Notes: generated from the sequence alone by a model not told the origin. Positions 7,429 through 14,033 are shown, counted from the stretch's first letter. The stretch is 20,143 nt of DNA from an uncultured Candidatus Saccharibacteria bacterium (GCA_964432405.1 CAYSNH010000007.1:1-20143); one strand, 5' to 3'. A program made the numbers and translations.

Positions 7429-8535
7429 ATGTCATTAGCAATTTATCGCAAATATAGACCACAAAGTTTTAAGGAGCTTATCGGCCAAGAGCTTCTAGTT
7501 TCCATCTTTCAAAATGCAGCTAAGCAGAACAAGTTGGCACACGCCTATCTTTTTTACGGTCCTCGAGGAACGGGTAAAACAACTACTGCTCGCTTGTTAG
7601 CTAAGATAGCTAACTGTCAAAAGGAAAAGGATGTGGTAAAAAATGGTGAGCCTTGTAACAAATGTTCGGCTTGCATAGATATTAGCAATGGTCGAGCTAT
7701 GGATGTTGTTGAAATTGACGCGGCTTCTAACAGAGGAATTGATGAGATCAGAAGTCTTAAAGAAACTATTCGTCTCTCCCCTTCCTCTTGCAGGCGGAAG
7801 GTTTTTATCATTGATGAGACTCATATGTTAACTAAAGAGGCCTTCAACGCCCTGTTAAAGATCTTAGAAGAACCACCGGAACACGCCATGATTATTCTTG
7901 CGACTACTGAGTATGATAAAGTTCCGGCCACTATCACCTCTCGAACTCAACGGTTTAATCTTCGCAAGATTACAGTCAGCGATATTGTGGGTAAACTTAA
8001 GAAGATTGTTAAAGATGAGAAGTTAAAGATTGATGATGAGGCTTTGGAGTTGGTGGCAGCTTCAGCAGAGGGTAGCTTGAGAGATGCTGAATCTCTTTTA
8101 GATCAGGTTACTACATTAGCTGATGAGGCTAATCTAGAGGCGGTGGAGCAGATTATTGGTCGAGTTGGTTTCAAGAAGGTGGTAGAGCTAGCAGATTTTA
8201 TTATCAAAATAGATTTACCAGGCTCATTACAATCTCTAGCTCAGATGAATGAGAGTGGAGCTAATTTAACCGACTTACATAAAGAACTTCTCTTTTATAT
8301 GAGAAGAGTTCTAGCCTTAAAACTAGACCCACAATTAGAGAGTGTTTATGTCAAAGAATTAACTAGTGAGGATTTAGTGAAACTAAAAGAACACGTTCAA
8401 TTAATAGAGGTTGATAAGCAAGTGGGTGTAATAAAATCTCTCATTAGAGCATATAGCGAAATGCGTTATTCCCCCTTTCCTCACATTCCAATTGAGATTG
8501 CCATTATAGAGAATTTAGGGCATAATAAGGTGTAA
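7429..8535 (+). CDS. dnaX: DNA polymerase III clamp-loader subunit DnaX, short gamma-like form (domains I-III only)
   Basis: 368 aa. Features are Walker A GPRGTGKTT, the Cys cluster CQ..CNKCSAC (Zn module), Walker B FIIDETHM, TSRTQ (SRC-motif position) and sensor 2 GSLRDAESLLDQ. Confidence 0.93.
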   Translation: MSLAIYRKYRPQSFKELIGQELLVSIFQNAAKQNKLAHAYLFYGPRGTGKTTTARLLAKIANCQKEKDVVKNGEPCNKCSACIDISNGRAMDVVEIDAASNRGIDEIRSLKETIRLSPSSCRRKVFIIDETHMLTKEAFNALLKILEEPPEHAMIILATTEYDKVPATITSRTQRFNLRKITVSDIVGKLKKIVKDEKLKIDDEALELVAASAEGSLRDAESLLDQVTTLADEANLEAVEQIIGRVGFKKVVELADFIIKIDLPGSLQSLAQMNESGANLTDLHKELLFYMRRVLALKLDPQLESVYVKELTSEDLVKLKEHVQLIEVDKQVGVIKSLIRAYSEMRYSPFPHIPIEIAIIENLGHNKV

Positions 8536-8537
8536 AT

Positions 8538-8608
8538 TGCCGGGTCGTCTAATGGTAGGACGCCAGGTTTTGGTCCTGGATATCGGGGTTCGAATCCCTG
8601 CCCGGCAG
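8538..8608 (+). tRNA. tRNA-Gln (anticodon UUG)
   Basis: Hand-folded cloverleaf of 71 nt. Acceptor stem TGCCGGG/CCCGGCA gives U1-A72. D arm is GTCT-AATGGTA-GGAC. Anticodon arm is CCAGG-TTTTGGT-CCTGG. The variable loop is 4 nt. T arm is CGGGG-TTCGAAT-CCCTG. The discriminator is G. CCA is not encoded (next bases are CAA). Confidence 0.93.
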
Positions 8609-8613
8609 CAATT

Positions 8614-9576
8614 ATGAATAAAACTATATTAATAACTGGAAGTACTGGTTTTATTGGCTTCCATTTGAGTAAGGTTCTTTTAGAGCGAGGTGATCAGGTT
8701 GTTGGAATTGATAATTTTAATTCATATAATTATGAACCTCAATTGAAAGAAGATCGGAATAATATTTTAGAGAAGTATCCAGGATATAAGCTCTATCGAG
8801 GTGATATTAATGATCTAGAGCTAGTTCAAAAAGTTTTTCAGGAGCATAAGATTGACAAGGTTTGTCACTTAGCTGCTTTGGCAGGAGTTCGGTTAAGCGT
8901 GGAACAGCCTCATTTATACAATCAAGCTAATCTTATTGGCTTTGGTAATGTGATTGAGGAAGCTAAAAAAGCCGAGGTAGAAAACTTTGTTTATGCTTCT
9001 AGTAGTTCGGTTTATGGTGATTTAGAAAAAGAAAAGTCTGAGGTGACTGATAATACTGACTTCCCTGTTTCTTTATATGCGGCTACCAAGAAAGCAAATG
9101 AGGTGGTGGCTCATAGCTACCATCATCTTTTTGATTTGAATTGTACCGGTTTGCGCTTCTTTACCGTCTACGGTCCCTATGGGCGACCGGATATGGCCCT
9201 GGCTATCTTTACCAAAGGAATTCTAGAGGAGGAGCCGATTACCGTCTTTAATGATGGTCAGATGGTGAGAGACTTTACCTATGTTGATGATATTGTCTCA
9301 GGAGTGGTGGCTTCTTTGGATAAGAACTATCCTTTTGAAATATTTAATCTAGGTTGTGGTCAGACGGTTCAGTTATTAGATTTTATTAAAGAGATTGAGG
9401 AAGCTACAGGCAAGAAGGCTCAGATGAAGATGATGCCATTGCAGCCCGGGGATGTTTTGAAAAGTTATGCGGATATTGAGAGGTCTTGGAAGATGTTGGG
9501 TTATGAACCGCAGACGACTGTTAAGGAGGGTGTTCCAAAGTTTGTTGATTGGTATCGTGAATATTATAATATATAG
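8614..9576 (+). CDS. NAD-dependent epimerase/dehydratase (extended SDR), UDP-glucuronate 4-epimerase-like
   Basis: 320 aa. The Rossmann motif GSTGFIGFHL sits at residues 8-17 and fixes the start codon. Further matches are GIDNFNSY, SSSSVYG, the catalytic YAATK (YxxxK) and RFFTVYGPYGRPDMA. Substrate assignment is by resemblance only. Confidence 0.85.
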   Translation: MNKTILITGSTGFIGFHLSKVLLERGDQVVGIDNFNSYNYEPQLKEDRNNILEKYPGYKLYRGDINDLELVQKVFQEHKIDKVCHLAALAGVRLSVEQPHLYNQANLIGFGNVIEEAKKAEVENFVYASSSSVYGDLEKEKSEVTDNTDFPVSLYAATKKANEVVAHSYHHLFDLNCTGLRFFTVYGPYGRPDMALAIFTKGILEEEPITVFNDGQMVRDFTYVDDIVSGVVASLDKNYPFEIFNLGCGQTVQLLDFIKEIEEATGKKAQMKMMPLQPGDVLKSYADIERSWKMLGYEPQTTVKEGVPKFVDWYREYYNI

Positions 9577-9578
9577 AT

Positions 9579-10043
9579 ATGTTAAAGGTAGGAGATAAAG
9601 TGCCGGTAATTGAAGTTAAGGATATTAATAATGAAAAGGTTTCTTTGGCTGATTTAGATGGTCAGTATGTAGTGCTCTATTTTTATCCTAAAGATGATAC
9701 ACCGGGTTGTACCAAGGAGGCTTGTAGTTTTAGGGATTGGAATGCTGAGTTAAAGAAAATAGGAGTGAAGGTGGTGGGGGTGAGTAAGGACTCGGCAGCT
9801 TCCCATAAAAAGTTTATTGAAAAATATGAATTAAATTTTGATCTCTGGTCTGATGAGGACCATCAGTTAATTGAGGCGTTTGGAGCTTGGCAAAAGAAAA
9901 ATATGATGGGCCGAGAATATATGGGTACGGTTCGCTCTACTTTTGTTATTGATCCAAAAGGCGTTGTTTTAAGAGTGTGGGATAAGGTTAATCCTCCTGA
10001 ACATGGAGAGGAGGTTTATAATTTTATTAAGGAAATAAGATAA
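9579..10043 (+). CDS. bcp: Thiol peroxidase / peroxiredoxin Bcp
   Basis: 154 aa. FYPKDDTPGCTKEAC carries the peroxidatic Cys and a second Cys 5 residues later, as in E. coli BCP. GVSKDS is also present. Confidence 0.9.
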   Translation: MLKVGDKVPVIEVKDINNEKVSLADLDGQYVVLYFYPKDDTPGCTKEACSFRDWNAELKKIGVKVVGVSKDSAASHKKFIEKYELNFDLWSDEDHQLIEAFGAWQKKNMMGREYMGTVRSTFVIDPKGVVLRVWDKVNPPEHGEEVYNFIKEIR

Positions 10044-10423
10044 TGAATACAATGATTTATGTTATGGGAGGATTGTTGGTTGCTCTCTCATTTTTAAAAT
10101 TAGCTGACTGGCAAGGTTTTGCCCACGCTTTTTCCGAGTATGATTTAATAGCTAAGAAAAGTAAGGTGTACGCTTTTATCTATCCATTGATTGAATTGGG
10201 ATTAGGCGTTTCTTATCTAATGATGTATGAGATTAAGGTGATGGCTGCTATCACTTTAGTGATTATGGTCATCGGCGCCATTGGAGTAACTATTAATCTT
10301 TTTTCTCCGAGAAGAGTTCAGTGTGCTTGTTTAGGAACGTTGATTAAAGTGCCGCTAACCAAGTTTACCTTGGTAGAGGACGTGGTCATGGCGGGTATGG
10401 CTTTAATGATACTTTTGGTTTAA
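10043..10423 (+). CDS. MauE/DoxX-like small integral membrane protein
   Basis: 126 aa with about 4 hydrophobic helices. RRVQCACLGT resembles the conserved Cys-x-Cys region of the MauE family. The start ATG shares one base with the bcp stop (TAATG). Confidence 0.65.
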   Translation: MNTMIYVMGGLLVALSFLKLADWQGFAHAFSEYDLIAKKSKVYAFIYPLIELGLGVSYLMMYEIKVMAAITLVIMVIGAIGVTINLFSPRRVQCACLGTLIKVPLTKFTLVEDVVMAGMALMILLV

Positions 10424-10470
10424 AATAAAAAAGAACAAAAAAGCCCACCGTAAAGGTGGGTTATTTTTTT
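10424..10470. terminator. Bidirectional rho-independent terminator shared by the dnaX-to-mauE-like operon (+) and rnpB (-)
   Basis: Stem CCCACC (10444-10449) / GGTGGG (10455-10460) with loop GTAAA. A T-tract flanks it on both strands: TTATTTTTTT on the plus strand and CTTTTTTGTTCTTTTTT on the minus strand. Confidence 0.75.
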
Positions 10471-10798
10471 GGGAAACTAATAAGCCGGATTCTGTCTAGG
10501 ACGATAATTAATCTTTGCGGCACTCCTGACTAAGTCAGGCACGACCTTGCACTCGGATAAGGATTTAGCCGTTTCACCCTGGTCTTTTTACCCCTATGAC
10601 CAGGTTGAGCCATCTAGCTTGGGATAGGGCTCCTCTTCACCTTGCGGATCAGAGCGTCACTGCTCGCACCTCTGGCTTCGTTTAAAAAACTTATACCGAC
10701 AGGCTTTCACCTGCTACCCTGCTCCTTACAAAAGTAAGGGAGTGTCCGGACTTTCCTCTTTTTAAAATTAATTTCAAAAAGCTATCGTCTCAGCTTCC
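10471..10798 (-). ncRNA. rnpB: RNase P RNA, bacterial type A
   Basis: The minus strand reads GGAAGCTGAGAC...AGAGGAAAGTCCGGACAC...CAGGGTAGCAGGTGAAAGCCTG...GGGTGAAACGG...ACAGAATCCGGCTTATTAGTTTCCC. The universally conserved GGAAAGUCCGG and ACAGAAxCCGGCUUA (P4) strands are both present. The 5' GGAAGCU pairs with the 3' AGUUUCC to form P1. Length is about 328 nt. Confidence 0.9.
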
Positions 10799-10804
10799 AA
10801 GGTT

Positions 10805-10832
10805 ATTGTAGCATAAAATAAGGTTTTGTCAA
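10805..10832 (-). promoter_or_regulatory. rnpB promoter
   Basis: The minus strand reads TTGACA (10832-10827), 16 nt ending in TGC, TACAAT (10810-10805), 6 nt, then G10798, the first base of P1. Both hexamers are near consensus, and an extended -10 TG is present. Confidence 0.7.
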
Positions 10833-10834
10833 TG

Positions 10835-11056
10835 CTAGGCTTTTTTAGCATCTTCATTGAAAATTTTTATGGCTTGAGGATCGATATCAACATTAGTTAC
10901 CTCAAAACCCTTCTTGGCTAGGTACATACTATCAACACCATCACCTCCTCCTAAACTTAAGACTTTACCGGGCTTTAAATGTTTTACAGAATATTTAATA
11001 AAAGGGAAAACTTTAGTACCCCAAGGATGACGTTCTTTTTCATAATAGCTTTTCAT
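10835..11056 (-). pseudogene. Truncated class I SAM-dependent methyltransferase (N-terminal 73 aa only, TehB/TPMT-like)
   Basis: The ORF holds only motif I (VLSLGGGDG) and the acidic post-I strand (EVTNVDID), then stops at TAG. The remaining roughly 120+ aa of a Rossmann methyltransferase fold are absent. The next 360 nt are the rnpB promoter and gene. Confidence 0.6.
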
Positions 11057-11063
11057 GATTTCT

Positions 11064-11072
11064 ATTATAACA
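11064..11072 (-). promoter_or_regulatory. Extended -10 promoter in front of the methyltransferase fragment, with leaderless geometry
   Basis: The minus strand reads TGTTATAAT (11072-11064), a consensus TGnTATAAT. Seven nt (AGAAATC) follow, then the ATG at 11056. No Shine-Dalgarno. Confidence 0.45.
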
Positions 11073-11080
11073 AATGATGA

Positions 11081-11110
11081 TAAAAAATCTCCCGGTTTTA
11101 CCCGGGAGAT
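11081..11110 (-). terminator. Rho-independent terminator of the pentapeptide-repeat gene
   Basis: The minus strand reads ATCTCCCGG-GTAAAA-CCGGGAGAT (9-bp stem) followed by TTTTTTA. It begins 8 nt after the stop codon at 11118-11120. Confidence 0.75.
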
Positions 11111-11117
11111 GAATGGC

Positions 11118-11711
11118 TTATACAGCCATAGTGCTTTTCCTGAAATTGATGGTTTTTTTCATCTGACTGATGTATTCCTGGCTAATTTCTGAGGAAACGT
11201 TCAATGAGTCCCAGATATTAGCTTGATAGAAATCAACCCTTCCTAGAGCGACGCTTTTCCAATTGGAATGGCGAAGGTCGCAACGAGAAAAGTTAGTGAA
11301 AGCATCCATACTGCTATGTGAAAAATCAGCATAAGACAGATCGGATTGAAACAAGTCAGTATGCCAGAAGCGCACTTTGAAGAATTTAATCCCCTTAGCG
11401 CAGATTTGCTTCATGCTGGCTCCGGTAAGATCGGTTTGATATGATGAGAATTTACCATTCATTGACGATAAATCTGCGCCACTGAGGTTAGCCCCATCAA
11501 AAACCGCTTTCTTAGCATGGATACCACGCAATTTAGCGCCTTCCAAGATACAATTTGAGAAGTCGGCCTCTTCCAGAAATGATCCGCTAAGATCAATGCC
11601 GGTAAGGTCTAACCCTTTCAGAAGACCATTTTTGAGGTCTATTTGCTTGCCATTCGCCTGACTTTCTCCTATGAAGTTGGTCAGACCATCTTGAGTCCAT
11701 TTTTGCTTCAT
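11118..11711 (-). CDS. Pentapeptide-repeat protein (Qnr/MfpA-sized)
   Basis: 197 aa, dominated by tandem A(D/N)LxX-type pentapeptides: GLDLTGIDLSGSFLEEADFSNCILEGAKLRGIHAKKAVFDGANLSGADLS, then SDLSYADFSHSSM and CDLRHSNW. Monocistronic, with its own promoter, SD and terminator. Confidence 0.9.
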   Translation of the reverse strand: MKQKWTQDGLTNFIGESQANGKQIDLKNGLLKGLDLTGIDLSGSFLEEADFSNCILEGAKLRGIHAKKAVFDGANLSGADLSSMNGKFSSYQTDLTGASMKQICAKGIKFFKVRFWHTDLFQSDLSYADFSHSSMDAFTNFSRCDLRHSNWKSVALGRVDFYQANIWDSLNVSSEISQEYISQMKKTINFRKSTMAV

Positions 11712-11752
11712 CCGTGAAAAGCTCCTTTTGATAAATGTGAAGAACTGCCGCT

Positions 11753-11781
11753 ATTATGGCTTATTTATTTAAAAAAGTCAA
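11753..11781 (-). promoter_or_regulatory. Candidate promoter of the pentapeptide-repeat gene
   Basis: The minus strand reads TTGACT (11781-11776), 17 nt, CATAAT (11758-11753). The leader is about 40 nt and contains AAAAGGAGC, with GGAG 10 nt before the ATG. Confidence 0.55.
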
Positions 11782-11784
11782 GTT

Positions 11785-12216
11785 TTATAGCAACGAACCA
11801 GTATTTTTAGAAGGACTATCTAAAGCTTCGTTAACTAAAGCATCAGCTTCTTTGTTTTGTTCCCGAGGTACGTGTTTAACGGTAACGGATTTAAAATCCT
11901 GTTTAGCATTCCAGAAATTAATAAAATGTTGTTGAATAACTTCATTCTTAATTTTATATTCTCCCCTAACTTGTTTATATAACAACTCGCTATCAACATG
12001 CATGATTAGCTCGCTTTGTTTAGCTTTTTGTTTGCCTAATAGCTTGCGAGCATTTTCTAAGGCAAATAGAACAGCTTGATATTCAGCATCATTGTTAGTT
12101 GTTTCACCGATTGCTTTATTAAACTTCTTATCACCAATAACTGCCCCGATAGCAGCTGGTCCAGGGTTGCCTCTGGCACCCCCATCGCTATATATATTTA
12201 TCCTATTGTTTTCCAT
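11785..12216 (-). CDS. rnhA: Ribonuclease HI
   Basis: 143 aa. The DEDD catalytic residues sit in the expected contexts: IYSDGGARGNPGP, NNDAEYQAV, HVDSELL, NKEADALVN. Confidence 0.88.
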   Translation of the reverse strand: MENNRINIYSDGGARGNPGPAAIGAVIGDKKFNKAIGETTNNDAEYQAVLFALENARKLLGKQKAKQSELIMHVDSELLYKQVRGEYKIKNEVIQQHFINFWNAKQDFKSVTVKHVPREQNKEADALVNEALDSPSKNTGSLL

Positions 12217-13031
12217 GGTTTTTCTTCATTGACGTTTAGAGAGAAAGCTGCAGCTGCCTTATGTCCTCCGCCATTGTATTTTAGAGCTATTTGTCCGACA
12301 TCGACGGTGCCATCTGACCTTAACGAGACTTTAATTCTATCACCCTTTTGACTCCAAACTAATGCTAGTGGAGGCTTTCTTTCGTATAACATGTGGCCGG
12401 CTTCGGAAGCAAAAAAAGCGGGAGCGTTAATAATTAAAGGTTGATGTCCTTCAAAATCAACTAAATAAGCATTACTATCAACTATTTTTTTGAGGATTTT
12501 TTCTTGAGACTTCCAGATAACCTTACCTTTCTCAATATAATCTTTTCTAGAATCTTTGTCCTCTATTTCTCTAACTAACTTGTTCCAAATAGGAAAGGTG
12601 AAGTCAAAAGTGTCAATATAGGTCATTATCTCTTTGCTATTAGCTAGTTTGAAACGCCAGAGATCAACATCTTCTACATGTTTAAGGAATTGAGGGACGG
12701 GCTTGCCGGGGTGAAAATACTGCCAAGCTAATACGGCACCAGAGTGATCAAGGTCAAAAAGATAATCTTGAGTCATTTCGGCTGATTCTTTGGCGGTAAC
12801 ATGATGGTCGATAATCGTGACCTGTTTATTATTTTTGATAAAGTCTTTAATTATCTCAGGCGGATAACTGAAATCAATAAAATAGACGATCTTGCCTTTT
12901 ATAAAAGGAGGTGTTTCTCGATGCTTGCCGCCAATGTAGTCGGCTTTGTTGCCAAATTTTTTATAAGCAGCCCAAGCACCGCTAAAACCGTCTGGGCAAT
13001 TATGGTGATATATTATTACAATCGGTTTCAT
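12198..13031 (-). CDS. DHH/DHHA1-family phosphoesterase (NrnB-like nanoRNase / pAp phosphatase type)
   Basis: 277 aa. Motifs are YHHNCPDGFSGAWAA, IIDHH (the DHH motif) and GGGHKAAAAF (DHHA1 GGGH). It has an ATGA overlap with pgk and a 19-nt overlap with rnhA. Confidence 0.8.
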   Translation of the reverse strand: MKPIVIIYHHNCPDGFSGAWAAYKKFGNKADYIGGKHRETPPFIKGKIVYFIDFSYPPEIIKDFIKNNKQVTIIDHHVTAKESAEMTQDYLFDLDHSGAVLAWQYFHPGKPVPQFLKHVEDVDLWRFKLANSKEIMTYIDTFDFTFPIWNKLVREIEDKDSRKDYIEKGKVIWKSQEKILKKIVDSNAYLVDFEGHQPLIINAPAFFASEAGHMLYERKPPLALVWSQKGDRIKVSLRSDGTVDVGQIALKYNGGGHKAAAAFSLNVNEEKPWKTIG

Positions 13032-13996
13032 CTTTTTAAGGCTTCTAGGCCAGGTAGTTTTTTATCAGCCAAGAAATCGAGCATGGCTCCCCCGCCGGTG
13101 GATATAAAATCAAACATATCAGCTACGCCCTCTTCAATCAAGAAGTGACTGGTATCACCACCGCCAGCTACAGCAAAAGCATCGGTCTTGGCGATAGCCT
13201 CAGCAACAGCTCGTGAGCCAATACTGAATTTGGGTAGTTCAACCAAACCAACCGGCCCACTCCAGATGATAGTTTTGGCTCGGCCAATAATTTCTTGATA
13301 TTGTTTAATAGTTTGAGGGCCGATATCACGCTCATTGCTGTTGTCGGTAGACCAGTCAGCTGGAATGATAACTTTTTCTTTCTGAAGAATAGGATCCGCT
13401 TGGTCGATATAGGCACTGCCCATTAGGAAGGCTTCGGCTTTATCATACAAATGTTCAATGGCAGCAGCCTTATCAGTAATCTTAATACCGCCGATAAGCA
13501 TTACTAGAGGTTGATTGGGATTATCCCTTACTCGAGACAGCACCTTGATTTCTTTTTCTAACAAGAGGCCAGCAAAGGATGGTAGGTGGCGTGTAATGGC
13601 AGAGATGGAGGCGTGAGGACGGTGGCTGGTAGCGAAATCATCATTAACATAAAAGTCGCCATTTTTAGCTAATTCTTCAGCAAATTTATCATCATTCTCA
13701 TGTTCTAAAGGGTTGAAACGAACATTCTCTAGATAATCCAAGTTCTGACCAACCATTTGAGAGAGAATTTTTATCATGGGTGCTAGCAACAGCTCCTTGT
13801 CTTCGCCCTCAGGACGGCCACGATGGCTCAAAATCTTTATTTTCGACCCATGATCCAGAAGGTATTTAATTGTCGGCACTACGGCCTGCAGACGCCAGTT
13901 TTTAGCATTAGGCTCCTTTTTGATATCAAGGTTGATGCGTAAAAGACAGTTGCGGCCCTTTAAAAAATTATCGTCTAACCGACTAAGGAGTTTCAT
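13028..13996 (-). CDS. pgk: Phosphoglycerate kinase, unusually short (322 aa)
   Basis: Pgk signatures occur in order: LLRINLD, ILSHRGRPEG, LENVRFNP, YVNDDFATSHRPHASI, IGGIKITDK, WSGPVGLVE, AGGGDT, ISTGGGAMLDFL, LPGLEAL. Confidence 0.9.
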   Translation of the reverse strand: MKLLSRLDDNFLKGRNCLLRINLDIKKEPNAKNWRLQAVVPTIKYLLDHGSKIKILSHRGRPEGEDKELLLAPMIKILSQMVGQNLDYLENVRFNPLEHENDDKFAEELAKNGDFYVNDDFATSHRPHASISAITRHLPSFAGLLLEKEIKVLSRVRDNPNQPLVMLIGGIKITDKAAAIEHLYDKAEAFLMGSAYIDQADPILQKEKVIIPADWSTDNSNERDIGPQTIKQYQEIIGRAKTIIWSGPVGLVELPKFSIGSRAVAEAIAKTDAFAVAGGGDTSHFLIEEGVADMFDFISTGGGAMLDFLADKKLPGLEALKR

Positions 13997-14003
13997 TGTT
14001 ATT

Positions 14004-14033
14004 ATTGTACCGCTCTCTAGCCTTGCTTTTCAA
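14004..14033 (-). promoter_or_regulatory. Candidate pgk operon promoter, with leaderless geometry
   Basis: The minus strand reads TTGAAA (14033-14028), 18 nt, TACAAT (14009-14004), 7 nt (AATAACA), then the ATG at 13996. No Shine-Dalgarno. Confidence 0.5.

Noticed and set aside
7597-7824. Two minus-strand ORFs (75 and 64 aa) inside dnaX.
   Set aside because: They are antisense to the AAA+ core of dnaX (the Walker B region). No motifs or signals are present. They are shadow ORFs.
13028-13031. Possibility of an alternative genetic code (TGA read as sense, as in some candidate phyla).
   Set aside because: TGA terminates pgk in a classic ATGA stop/start overlap with the next gene. All family-recognisable ORFs are full length under the standard code. 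TAA and TAG stops dominate.
12076-13416. ORFs 12076-12351 (+), 12801-13148 (+) and 13168-13416 (-) within the rnhA / DHH / pgk region.
   Set aside because: All are embedded in genes with clear family motifs, either on the opposite strand or in another frame. None has a promoter or SD.
13028-13996. The short pgk being a pseudogene.
   Set aside because: The frame is uninterrupted, and all substrate and hinge motifs I can recall are present in order. It is treated as a compact but probably functional enzyme.
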